Shown here: in pieces, positions 1-12,519 of the stretch
Layout of the letters: each line of letters starts with the position of its first letter
Numbering within the stretch: the first letter of the stretch is position 1
Assembly: GCF_004010195.1 (NCBI RefSeq)
Contig: NC_057728.1
Location: 42,385,024 to 42,447,878 of the forward strand
Direction of reading: 5' to 3'
DNA: 62,855 nucleotides
Source: Chiloscyllium plagiosum
Lineage: Eukaryota
The notes under the pieces: model-generated
What the model was told of the DNA's origin: nothing
Databases searched by the model: none
What the model saw: only the letters and a program-made list of their open reading frames with translations
Position numbers and translations under genes: made by a program

Positions 1-814
1 TATAGGAGTTGGGAAGTCGCATTGAGATTATCCAGGCCATTGGTGAGTCCTCTTCTGGAATGCGGTGTCCAGTTCTGGTCGCCCAGTTATAGGAAGGATA
101 CTGTTAAGCTGGAAAGGGTTGGGAGTGCTAGTCGAGGATTCTCTAAAGGTAAACATGCAGGTTGAGTCCGTGATTAAGAAAGCGAATGCAATGTTGTCTC
201 TTATCTCAAGAGGGTTGGAATATAAAAGCAGAGATGTACTCCTAAGACTTTATAAAGCTCTGGTTAGGCCCCATTTGGAGTACTGTTTCCAGTTTTGGTC
301 CCCACACCTCAGGAAGGACATACTGGCACTGGAACGTGTCCAGCGGAGATTCACACGGATGATCCCTGGAATGACAGGTCTAACATATGAGGAACGGCTG
401 AGGATAGTGGGATTGTATTCGTTGGAGTTTAGAAGATTAAGGGGAGACTTAATAGAGGCGTACAAAATAATACATGGCTTGGAAAAGGTGGATGCTAGGA
501 AATTGTTTCAGTTAAACGAGGAGACTAGGACCCGTGGACACAGCCTTAGAATTAGAGGGGGTCATTTCAGAACAGAAATGCGGAGACATTTCTTCAGCTA
601 GAGAGTGGTGGGCCTGTGGAATTCATTGCCACGGAGTGCAGTGGAAGCCGGGACGCTAAATGTCTTCAAGGCCGAGATTGATAGATTCTTGTTGTCTAGA
701 GGAATTAAGGGATACGGGGAGAACGCTGGTAAGTGGAGCCATGATTGAATGGCGGAATGGACTCGATGGGCCGAATGGCCTTACTTCCACTCCTATGTCT
801 TATGGTCTTATGGT
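1..814 (+). mobile_element. CR1-clade LINE 3' fragment(s)
   Basis: ORF with LYKALVRPHLEYC...LERVQRRFTRMIPG...RLRGDLIE; short tandem tail (TCTTATGG)n at ~798-814. Confidence 0.9.
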
Positions 815-1733
815 TTTAGGTTGTCTCAGTCGAAGTGGTGTCCTTCCTCCTCTGTATGTAAGGATCCTAGTGAGAGAGGGTCATGTCGTTTTGTAGCTAG
901 TTGATGTTCATGTAGCTAGTTTTCTGCCTGTTTGTCCAATGTATTGTTTGTTACAGTCCTTGCATGATATTTTGTAAATAACATTAGTTTTGCTTGTTGT
1001 CTGTATAGGTCTTTCAAGTTCATTATCTGCTTTTTTAGACCATGATGCCAAGGGGTCTGAGTAGTCTGGCAGTCTAGATGTCTTTGATGTAGTGGAGAGT
1101 GGCTAGGGTTTCTGGGCGTGTTTTGTCTGCTTGTTTGGATTTGTTGCTCAGAAATCTGCGAACTGTGTTCATTGGGTACCCGTTCTTTTTGAATACACTG
1201 TATAGGTGATTTTCCTCTGCTCTTTGTAGTTCCTCTGTGCTGCAGTGTGTGTTGGCTCATTGGAAAAATGTTCTGATGGAGCTTCGTTTGTGGATGTTGG
1301 GATGATTGCTTCTGTAGTTCAATATTTGGTCCGTATGTGTTGTTTTCCTGTGAACGCTGGTTTGAAGTTCCCCATTGGCTGTTTGCTCTACTATGACATC
1401 TAGGAATGGCAGTTTGTTGTTGTTTTCCTCCTCTTTTGTGAATTTTATGCCAGTAAGGATATTATTGATGGTCTTGAAGGTTTCCTCTAATTTGTTTCGT
1501 TTAGTGATGACAAAGGTGTCATCCACGTAGCGGATCCAAAGTTTGGGTTGGATGATTGGCAGAGTTTGTTCAAGTCTCTGCATTACTGCCTCTATGAAGA
1601 ACCCTAATATTGGAGATCCCATGGGTGTTCCGTTGGTTTGTCTGTAGGTTTTGTTGTCGAAGGTGAAGTGTGTGGTAAGGCATAGGTCCACTAGCTTGAT
1701 GATACTGTTCTTACTGACGAAGTTAGTGACCAC
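815..1733 (-). mobile_element. Penelope-like element fragment (RT + GIY-YIG endonuclease), frameshifted
   Basis: QTNGTPMGSP, RYVDDTF and LPFLDV RT motifs; KTNVIYKISCKDCNKQYIGQ read on the - strand near 930-990. Confidence 0.9.
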
Positions 1734-1910
1734 CCCCTGAGAAAAAAACAGGAAATGACATCACCACAGGAAATTACATCACCAACCCAAAGAAATCCAC
1801 ACATATAAATAGAAAACAGGAATTATCAACAGAGGCCTACTGAGGATGTTACCTAGTAGGATGATGAAAAATCTGGAAATGAACCTTCCAGTTCAGCGAG
1901 CAAACCTATA
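1734..1910 (+). mobile_element. Inverted Penelope 3' end/pLTR piece with degenerate hammerhead core (CTGAGGA at 1840, GAAA at 1866)
   Basis: Resembles the Penelope 3' ends at 33430-33545 and 36170-36335. Confidence 0.65.
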
Positions 1911-4900
1911 ACCATTTTCTTTAATCACATAAGTAGAACAAAGAAGGAGCAAATAGGTAAACATCCAGTATCTTTAGCTCTACTAAGCTGATTGAATTAC
2001 AGCAAAAAGATGAGGAGTTAAAACAGTTGTATCAAAAGGCATTTACAAAGAAAGAAAGTGAATGCATTCCTGTGTGTTATTACTTAACAAATGATGTCTT
2101 AATGAGGAAATGGAGACCATTACACATTCAAGCAGATGAGAATTGGGCAGAGATTCATCAAATTGTTTTGCCAGTAGGGTATATAAAGGAGGTGCTACGA
2201 GTGGCACATGTGCTATCATTTGTAGATCATTTAACGGTGAGGAAAACAGAGGCTAAATACAAAGACAGTTTTCCTGGCCTGGACTACAGAAGGATGTAGT
2301 TGAATTTTGCCAGACATGTCATAAATGTCAGCTAATTGGAAAACTACAGGCAGTAATAAAACCTGTACCTTTAATACCTATTCCAGTATTTGAGGAACCT
2401 TTCATAAGAGTCATGATTGATTGCGTAGGTCCCCTACCTCAAACAAAAGTTGGGAATAAGTATTTATTAATAAAATGGATGTGTCAACTAGATTTCCAGA
2501 GGCAATCCCATTACGCAACATCACAGCTAAAAGGGTTGTAGAAGAATTACTTAAATTTTTTGCGAGATGCAGACTACCAATACAGATCCAGTCAGATCAA
2601 GGATCAAACTTCACATCCAAACTATTCAAGGAGGTTATGGATAACTTGGGAATAAAGCAATTCAAATTTACTGTATACCATCCAGAATCGTAGGGAGCTC
2701 TAGAGAGATGACACCAAACATTAAAGACCATATTGAGGGCTTATGGTCAGGATTATCCCAATGATTGGGCTAAGGGAGTTCCGTATGTAATTCTTGTGAT
2801 CAGAGATGCAACGAATGAATCGATCAAATTCAGTCCATTTGAATTAATTTTTCGGCATAAAGTAAGAGGACAATTAAAACTGATTAAGGAGAAATGAATA
2901 AGTCAGCATTCAGCCACCACCCATTTGGACTATGTGTCAAATTTTAGGGAATGATTAAATAGAGCTGGAGAGTTGGCTAGACAGCATTGAAAACAATCGC
3001 AGCATACAATGAGACAGGAAGCAGATAGAAATCACAAATTCGCAATTTTGCAATTGGGGATAAGATATTGGTGTTACTTTCAGGAACATGTGAGCCTTTA
3101 AAAGCAAGGTTTAGTGGACTATATCAAATTGAGAAGAAATTGAGTGAGGTGAACCATTTGATAAGGACTCCAGACAGGAAGACATCTCACAGAGTGTGCC
3201 ATGTTAATATGTTCAAAAGATATTTTGATAGGGAAGGAAAGCAAGAGGAGAAGGTGTTAATGATTACAGCACAGAAGGAAGAACTACGTTCAGAGGATTT
3301 TGAATTGCAACATTCCTCAAATCAAACTGGACAATGAGGAAGTTGTCAAAAATTGGGATACATTATTGAGTTACCTTCCACAAAAAAATCGAAATGACCT
3401 GAAAGAGTTATTACTATCACATGGGGAGATATGTGGAAATAAACTGGGAAGTACTAACTTAATTGTACATGATGTAGATATAGGAGATGCTGCTTAAATT
3501 AAGCAACATCCTTATAGGCATAACCCTCTAAAGTTGGCACAGGTTCAGAAGGAGATAGAGCGCATGCTCCAAGATGGCATAATCAAAGTGTGTTACAGTG
3601 ACTGGAGCTCACCCATAGCCATGGTGCCAAAGCCAGATGGTACCCAACGATTGTGTGTGGACTATCGCGAAGTCAACACCGTTACAAAGACTGATGCATA
3701 TCCAATTTCACAGTTGGAGGACTGTGTCGAAAAAGTGGGACAGGCAACTTACATTTCTAAGTTGGACTTGCTCAGAGGCTACTGGCAAGTACCTCTGTCA
3801 GAGAGAGCAAAGGCAATTTTGGCTTTCATAATGTCAAATGGACTACATCAGTTCAAAGTCATGCCATTTGGTATGAAAAACGCTCCGGCCACATTTCAGA
3901 GACTGACTAATAAGGTAATTGCTGGATTACCTAACTGTGTGGTGTACATTGATGACCTGGTGATTTTTAGTCACTCATGGAAGGAACATTTACAGCATTT
4001 ATCGGACTTGTTCAATCCACTTCAGAAGGCATGCTTGGTAGTAAACCTAGCTAAAAGTGAATTTGCCAAAACCCAAATCACATTCCTGGGCCATGTTATT
4101 GGAGATGAACAAATGGCCCCACAAGATGCAAAAACAAACGTAATTGGGGAATTTCCCATACTGTTGACAAAAAAAGCAGTACTACAGTTCCTGGGGTTGA
4201 GTGGAGTTTAACAAAATTTTGTGCCAAACTTTAGTAGTGTGGCTGCTCCACTCAATGAATTGTTATAAAAGGGCAAGAAGTTTCAGTGGACAGCAGACTG
4301 TCAAAAGGCTTTTGACAGCCTAAAAACTGTGTTAACCACTGCCCCAGTATTAGTCACACCAGATTACATGAAGCCTTTCAAGGTGGTTATCGATGCCAGT
4401 GGTGTGGGTGTTGGTGCGATGCTCCTGCAGGAGGATGACGAGGGGGTAGAAAGATTCATTGGGTATTTTCCCATGAAGTTGAACATTCATCAACAGAAAT
4501 ATTCAACAGTGGAGAAAGAGACTTTAAGCTTGGTATTAGCATTATATCAGTTCAGTGTTTATATTACCAGCAATGCATCAGAGACAATCATATAAACTGA
4601 TCACAACCCAGTGACATTTGTGGAAAAATTTAAGTACAAAAATGCCAGACTGTTTGGATGTAGCTTATTGTTGCAGCCATTCAATTTGACAATTGTCCAT
4701 GTGGCAGGTCGTGAAAATGTGATTGCCGATGCATCATTGAGAATTGAATGAGATACAGGGGCGTTCGGTGGTGGGTGTGCTATGGCCTGAGTTTGCATGT
4801 GGTTGTGCTTGTTTTCATGTTTATAGTTAGTATAGTGTATAATGTGTTTAGACTACTAACAGTTATGAAGGGTTAAAAATAAAGCCATAATTTGGTATTG

Positions 4901-5573
4901 ATGATTCATTTTTTTAAGAGGGGAGGTGTCAAAAAGCTACTCCTTTTTTTTCTAAAAGCTGTTCCTTGGCTCAAGGAGACTCTGTCCTTGATTTTTTTCA
5001 GAGGAGCAATAAACCAGACCGGGCTCCGATCAGTCTGGTTTAGTACAGAGATGAAACGGGTTTTGAGAGGCCTTTTGTTTATATGTAAATAGATGTGACT
5101 TCAGGCCACATTGTCGTGTTTTAGAAGTGACCTGTATAAAGAAAGGGGAGTTGTCAGCTCTGGCTGGGCTGAGCTGAGCTATGCAGTTTTTAGTTCAGTC
5201 TTGGGAAGTTCAACAGGGAGCTGCTTGGAAACTCTCTCTCTTTTCTACTCTTCAACTTCAAATTGTAAGCATGTATTCCATTTATACTAGTTTTTAAAGG
5301 GAGTTTACTTTTTGGGACTGTTGTGTATATTTGGAACAGCGTAATTAAGTTTAGTTGGATAGGTTGGGTTCTGTAGGGGTTCTTTATTCTGTTCTTTGTG
5401 TTTCTTTGTGTAATTTTGTGAATAAATTTTTGTCTGTTTTTAAATCTTGTAGTCAACCTCGCTATCTTACTCCAGGTAGTTTTCACTGTACATTTACCGA
5501 AACAAATTGCAAAGTTATGGTCTCGGGCTGCCTGCTTAAGATTGTTTCAAGTGATCTGGGCTAGTCCATAACA
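1911..5573 (+). mobile_element. Degenerate Gmr1-like Ty3/Gypsy LTR retrotransposon: integrase - RT - RNase H - PPT - 3' LTR
   Basis: Integrase (H..H..CxxC, TRFPEAIPL, SDQGSNF) at ~2030-3240 precedes RT (RLCVDYR, VMPFG, VYIDD) at ~3500-4210 and RNase H (DASGVGVGA, YSTVEKE) at 4329-4740; many stops and frameshifts. Confidence 0.88.
4927..5573 (+). repeat. 3' LTR of the Gmr1-like element
   Basis: Starts TGT directly after the polypurine tract AAGAGGGGAGG; ends TAACA; internal TATAAA (~5135) and AATAAA (5421). Confidence 0.75.
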
Positions 5574-5575
5574 AT

Positions 5576-5791
5576 GATGGAAATGTGTTGCTGGAAAAGC
5601 GCAGCAGGTCAGGCAGCATCTAGGGAACAGGAGAATCGACGTTTCGGGCATTAGCCCTTCTTCAGGAATGAAGAAGGGCTAATGCCCGAAACGTCGATTC
5701 TCCTGTTCCCTAGATGCTGCCTGACCTGCTGCGCTTTTCCAGCAACACATTTCCATCTCTGATCTCCAGCATCTGCAGACCTCACTTTCTC
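5576..5791. mobile_element. Hammerhead-bearing fold-back element; perfect 89-bp arms (5576-5664 / 5669-5757)
   Basis: Arms are exact reverse complements with a GGAA spacer; TSD CTAGTCCA(T/C)AACAAT at 5561-5575 and 5792-5806. Confidence 0.85.
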
Positions 5792-6391
5792 CTAGTCCAC
5801 AACAATGTTGACCTTGCTGTTTTTGCAACTTCTCTGTATTCATTGCTCTATTCTATTACCATTATGCATTTTGTACGGTATGATCTACCTGTTCTGCATG
5901 CAAAACAAAATATTTCACTGTACCTAGGTGCATGTGACAATAATAAATCAAATCAAACTCATAACAACCTGTCTTTACAAAGATCACTGTCCCGTTGTGT
6001 ATTTGTAGTATTTTCTGTGTTCGTTTCAGACTTTTGCCATTTAGTATATTTGTTTCTTTTAGTTTACTTGTTCAAAAATCAGATTCTATAAAAAAAAATG
6101 AAATTTGAGATTACCAGCATGCAATCTCAGCTATAAAATGCTGATTAAAGTGTTTCGCAATTCTGACATATACCATTACAGGCATAGTAACAAAATGGAT
6201 TGAAGGTTAGTTAATAGAGGGTTAAATATCATGAATGTTGTTTGGGGTGGAAGTAGTAAACCTGAGGAGTCAACACTATGTCCATTTTTACTGTTGGAAC
6301 ATGTAATAATTTGTGCATAAGAGGGCACATCAAAGTTTGCTAATGACACAAACACTTACAAAACTGTAAAAATATGTCAAAAGACATTGGC

Positions 6392-9300
6392 GGGGGATCT
6401 AAGATGGCGGCGATCTGAGAAGATCACACTGCAGAGCTTCGCATCGCAGCAGGAGCAGGACGGTTCTTTAACTCACCCAACCAAGGTCATCAGGATTTCT
6501 TGGGGCGTTGGAAAGATTGTGGAGCCTCAAGAAACATTTTAAAATTGACTTACCTGTATTTTAGGCTGTCCAGAAATGCCTAAAAAGGGAGGAGGAGCAT
6601 CTGAGGCTGGGCCTGCAGCTCAGCCTGCAGCAGCTCAGAGCCGATTACTCTCCAGGACCTGGTGAACCAGCTCTCGAAATCTCGCGAGATGTTGGGGAAA
6701 CCGATTGAATAGAAGCTGGCTCCAGTCTCTCTCATGCTGCAGAAGCATGAGCAGCAGCTGGGAGACCTGGAAAAGAGGATGGATGAGGTGGAGCACAGGG
6801 CCACAGTGGTGGAAGCTGATGCCAGTTCATTCAAGGAAGAGATCCAAGTCCTGAAGAGACAGGTTCATAATTTGCGTGACCAAGTGGATGATCTTGAAAA
6901 CAGGGGCAGGAGAAAAAACATTCGGATCATCGGTCTGCCTGAGGGTAAGGAAGGTGATCGGCCTACGGAATTTGTTGAAGATTGGCTTCCGAAATTCCTT
7001 GACTTGGAGACTGGCATGAGAGGATTGAAGATAGAGAGGGCTCACCAGGTCGCAGCACGGAGGTCGAGCCTGGGTCAACGCCCTCGTCCTTTCCTGGTAC
7101 AGTTCCATCATTACTGGGATAAGGAGAGAGTCATGGAGACTTCCAGACTCCAGGGGAAGGATCCAAAAGCCCTAATTTACGAGGGGTCTAAGATCATGTT
7201 TTTTCAGGACTTTTCAATGGCGGTGATCCAGAAACGAAGATCGTATGATGGTGTCAAGAAAAGACTGAAGGAGCTTGGGATTCAGTACTCCCTGACCTAT
7301 GCGGCAGTGCTTTGGATCACCTTAGATGGATCCATGCATCTCTTTGACACATCGGAGAAGGCAAGAGACTTTGTGGACAAACTAACCTAATTTAAACAAT
7401 TGTAGTGTGTATAAATATTGTTGCTTGGGTATGCGTTTATCATTCTGTAAAAGAAATGGAGGAAATCCGGTTGGAGCTTTGTTTTTCCCCTTTTTTTCCC
7501 CTCTATTGATAATAATTTGGTTCAAACTATGTCTGGCGGTGGTTAACATGTACATTTTAAATTTCTAAGTTAGGACATACCAAAGGATGGGTGGGGTATT
7601 TATTCCCCCTTTTTTTATATAAAAAAATGTTTTTTTAATTCAAATTGATATTCTATGGGGCGTTTATTCTTTTTAGCTTGTGCTTGCAATGTGGCTCTAG
7701 CTGGGAGAAGTGAAGGTGGTTGAGATGGTTAGTTGCCTATTTATGGGCAGTTCGGGATGGGTAGTTGCCCCCTCTGGGCAGGGGGTGAGTTCCCCTACTC
7801 AGCATTATTGACGCTTTATATGTTGGTTTGTTTTCTGGTTTTTATTGTTTTTTAATTTTAATAATTTTGTATGTTTGTTAAATGTAGTAGTTTTAGTTTA
7901 TGTAGTTTTTATACTTGGTGGACCATGCAACACTAAGGCTCAGCAATTTGTGGTTTGGGTTCCTCCTCTCTGAAATTTAAATGTAATTGCAGAAGATTAT
8001 GGCTAATGATTTGATTAAATGGTGTACCTGGAATATCAAGGGAAGTCACTCACAAATTAAGAGGAAGAAGGTACTCTTGAGTCTTAGAAAGGAGAAGGTG
8101 GATATTGCTTTGTTACAGGAGACACATTTGGATGACAAGGAGCATCTGTAATTATAGCAGAATGGCTTTGACCAAGTTTATTTTTCATCATTTAATACCA
8201 GAAGTAGGGGAGTGGCTATATTGGTAAGGACAAATCTCTCATTTAAATTGTTGGAATGTGTTAAAGACACATACGGGAGGTTTGTAATTCTTAAAGCCTT
8301 GATAAATGGGGCATTTTAAATGTTTATTGTCACTCAGCTCATCCTCTTAAATTCTTGGTAGATGCTTTTTCTGAACTGTTAAGTCTCAATTCTCGGCACA
8401 TCATTATAGGGGGAGATTTTAACTGCCTCATGGACCCCACAGTAGACAGGTTGCCTAAAGGTCCCTTGATACCCTCTGCTCAAACTAAACAGTTATTGGG
8501 TCTGTTTGGGGAATTAGGGTTGGTGGACGTCTGGAGGTGTCTCCACCCTACAGGTAAGTATTTCACGTTTTTCTCCAATCTGCATAGATGTCACACGAGG
8601 ATTGATGTTTTTTCTGACCCCCGCGGTAACCCTGGATCTGGTGGCATCCTGTACGATTGGTAATATTGCCATCTCTGATCATGCTCCAGTGTACCTCATG
8701 GTTAAAATTAAGGATGTAACAGTGGATTCAAGGTACTGGCGAATGGACCCCTTTATTCTCATGGACAGCAAGTTTGTGGATATTTCTCTAGGGAATTTCG
8801 GGCATTCCTAGACATCAACATAGGCTTGGTTGATAGCTCGTCTGTTCTCTGGGAAACTGACAAAGCTTACGCCAGGGTGTTAGTCATTTCATATTCCACA
8901 AGTAGGAAGCGGCAGAAGGGTGAGCAGCAACGTCTCCTCGAAGCACGGTTGAAGGCAGCCGAGAAGGCCTATTTTGACAGACCCTCGTTGGTCAAACTAC
9001 AGAGGATTACGGCACTGTGGTCTACACTAAATTCCATGCTCACGCAGACGGCAAAGAAGGAGCTGGCTTTTGCAAAGCAAAGGTTATACGAGCATGGTGA
9101 CAAGCCAAGCAAATACTTAGCATACCTTGCCAGAAAGAGAAGTGCCCCACAAATCATTACAGTGATTAGGGAAGAGTCTGGGAACCTAACATATGATTCT
9201 AAAAAGATTAATGTGGCGTTCCAGAGATTCTACTCTAAGTTATATCAGTCTGAGAATTGTGAGGAGGGGCAGGCCAAAATGGAATCCTTTTTTAGAGATC

Positions 9301-12089
9301 TGAAGCTCCCGGGTGTGACTCCCGAATAACAGTCCTTTCTCAATGCCCCATTATCAGAGCAAGAAGTGCAGGAAGCTGTGAGGCAGCTTCAGAGTGGAAA
9401 GGCGCCCGGTCCTGATGGACTTCCCAGTGAATTCTATAAGGAATTTATAAGTATACTGTCAGGCCCAAAGCTGAATATATTTAATGATTCATACAGTCAT
9501 GTTTGTCTCCCACCATCTCTGAAAGAGGCCAATATTTCACTTATCCTTAAAAAAGGGAAGGATCCGGAAGACTGTGCTTCATACAGGCCCATCTCACTCT
9601 TAAATGTGGACTTTAAGATCTCTAAGGCTCTTGTGTTATGGCTGGAGACTGTGTTACCCTCTATTATTAAAGAGGATCAGATGGGCTTTATAAAGGGTCG
9701 CAGATCCTCCAAAAACGTTAGGAGGCTGCTTTACGTAATTCAAGCATGCCAACAGCAGTTACTACAGGGATTGGTGATTTCTTTAGATGCAGAGAAGGCA
9801 TTTGACCGAGTTGAGTGGCTGTACCTTTTCTATACTCTAGACCGGTTTGGTCTGGGCGAAGTTTTCATAAGATGGATAAAGGTTCTCTACAGTGTACCTC
9901 TCGCTGCGGTCATTACCAACGGGGTACGATCAAGCAATTTTAATATTTCTAGGGGCAGCCGGCAGGGCTGTTGGCAGAGGCCATTCGTGGGGATCTCAAT
10001 ATATCAGCTCCAGGAGTGGGGTCAAAATTACATAAGATCTCGCTGTATGCAGATGGTGTTCTAATTTTCTTGACAAATCTAGCAGTCTCAGTGCCTTGCC
10101 TGATACAATGCATTCACGCTTTTGGCACTTTTTCAGGATTTAAGATTAATTTTGCTAAATCAGAGGCTATGCCTATGGGTGGTCTTACGAAAGAGTAGGC
10201 TCTTGAGAGTGACTATAGATTCCCATTTAGGTGGTCACAGGGGGGGCTTTGTGTATTTGGGCATATTCATTACTCCAGTTCTGGATTGGCTGTTCAAAGC
10301 CAAATTTACTCAATTCTTTGAAAAAATTAAACAAGATCTCCAAAGAGGAGAGGCACTTCCAGTCTCATGCTTGGGTCGGATAGCGCTTATTAAGATGTCT
10401 ATTCTCCCTCGTTTGCTATACCTTACATGGATGCTCCCCCTGATTTTCAATAAACAAACACTCAGGAGACTGAACAGTTGGTTCAGCTCCTTTATCTGGC
10501 ACCGTAAACGGCCCTTCATTAAATTAGCTAAACTGCAGTTGTCTCACAGATTGGGGGGAGTAGACCTTCCAGACATTAAAAATTACCAATTAAGCTCGCT
10601 TTTGACCTATGTAAGTGATTGGGTTTGTGGGGTCCCTCTTTCAATATGACTTGATATCGAAGTCTCCCAGGCAAGGTGCCCCCTTATCAGTTTGCTGTTT
10701 TTGGACAAAGTCAGGACAGTTAGGGAATATTGCCATAACCCAATAGTCATCAATACTGTTAAAGCATGGAGGGCAATTCAGCAGAGGGAAGGTAATATTG
10801 GCAAAACATCTTTGTTTACACCTTTAGTGGGTATGCCGAGTTTTCAACCAGGTATGATACATTCAGGATTTAAACGTTGGACAGCTAGGGGTATATCTTG
10901 CATGGGTGATTTATTTGAGGGAGATGTAATGATGTCCTTCGATCAGTTAGTACGGAAGTACGAGTTACCTAATAGAGACCACTTTCGTTTTTTACAAGTT
11001 AGGGATTTTATTCAAAACAAGACCACACTTTTGACTGGTCCCTACAAATCTGACATAGAAAGAGGGTTACTAAGGGCTAAGAGTACACTCTCTGTCAGTA
11101 CTCTATATCACCAATTGGGGGGTGCCACCTCAGATGAGTCTGATTGACTCTGCAAGATGTGGGAAAGAGAGCTGGGTGTTGAAGTTTCTTCAGAGGCATG
11201 GGAGGACATTTGGGAGAATGCAAGGAAGATATCAATTTGCAAAAGGACCCATGCTTTACAGTTGAAGATTCTCCAGAGGGTCCACTTAGCCCCAGACCGT
11301 TTGTCAAAATTTAAACCAGGGGTATCTTCAGCATGTCCCAAGTGCAAGCTCTGTACGGGTACTCTTACCCATTGTCTTTGGTCTTGTGACAGGCTTTAAA
11401 CATATTGGAGCGCTGTGGTGGGTGCAATGGAGAAGATTTTAGGTATAGGTGTGGAGAAGGACCATATTTCGCTCCTTTTGGGCCTACCCATTGTATTTCC
11501 TGCAGACTCGCATAAGGAAAAACGTTTCGATATTCTTACATTCTGTGCAAGGAAGAATATCCTGCTAGGTTGGATATCAGAAAAACCCCCAGGCCTGTTG
11601 GCGGAAGATTGTTGTGGAGCATATTCCCCTGGATTTTCTCACAAATATGGTACATCACAAAACTGAGAATTTTTACAAGATATGGCAACCCTTTTTGAAA
11701 TACCTGGACACAGATTTATCTGCCACACTAACAAGGGCTTTTATATAGCCGTAACGATTGTGTTTCATGAGTCCAATATCCAGGGAGGAGGAACGGTGAA
11801 TGTATGAGTGCTTTGTTTGGCTGGGCTGAGTTATTACTATTTATTTGTTTGTTGTTAGGTATTTATTTAGTTAGTTAAATAGCTAGTTTAGGTTTGTTTT
11901 AAATTTTATACTTCTCTATATATGTTTATACATTCGTATAGGAGGGTGGGTTGGGGAATTTTTTTATTATTTGGGTTTAGTTTTGTACTATTTTTGTAGT
12001 TTTGAATTGCATTGTTTTGTATTTGTTGCAATATTTAAAAATGTATTTTTTCTTAATAAAAATATATTATAATAAAAATAAAAAAAAAC
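6392..12089 (+). mobile_element. Full-length (~5.7 kb), inactivated L1-clade LINE
   Basis: 5' GGGGGATCTAAGATGGCGG; ORF1 (LENRGRRKNIRIIGLPEG) to 7390; ORF2 from ATG 7999 with APE endonuclease (TWNIKG, LQETH, GGDFN, SDH), RT (KAPGPDG, YRPISLLNVD, DAEKAFDRV, LYADG) and a C-terminal CxxC..HxxxxC; AATAAA/poly(A) tail; TSD ACATTGGC at 6384-6391 and 12090-12097. Confidence 0.92.
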
Positions 12090-12519
12090 ACATTGGCACA
12101 TTAGCAGAATGGGCAGCTGTATGCAGTTAATTCATGATAGTGTGAACTTACATGTTTTTGGAAGAAATATAAAATATGACTACATACTTAATGCAAAATC
12201 CTGAAGAGCTTGAATTAACAAGCTTTAAAGATTCAAATATAACTGTGAGCATAGGTATAAAAATGCACATAAAATACAAACGATATTTTCAGTTTCCTAA
12301 AAAAATGGGAATGGATTTAATCATGAAGAGGCAATTTTGTATAAAGTAATGATTATACTGCATAATTGTGCAGTTTTGGGATGTACATCAAAATTACAAA
12401 AAACTTACAACATAGATTCAATGGGATGGTGAGGGGCGTAAAATAATTTGCACTGGAGCACAGAAAGTTGTGAAGAGGTTTATAGCTTTTAAAAAAAAAT
12501 CTTTTAGGTGTTTTGATAA

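Noticed and set aside
5810..5958. Possible Rex1/Babar-like LINE 3' tail (CATGTGACAATAATAAATCAAATCAAA; similar at ~31850-32005)
   Set aside because: Probably a repeat tail, but no coding sequence supports a family assignment.
6734..7390. 218-aa open ORF as a host gene or domesticated L1TD1-like gene
   Set aside because: It is ORF1 of the TSD-bounded L1 and is frameshifted relative to its ATG at 6576.
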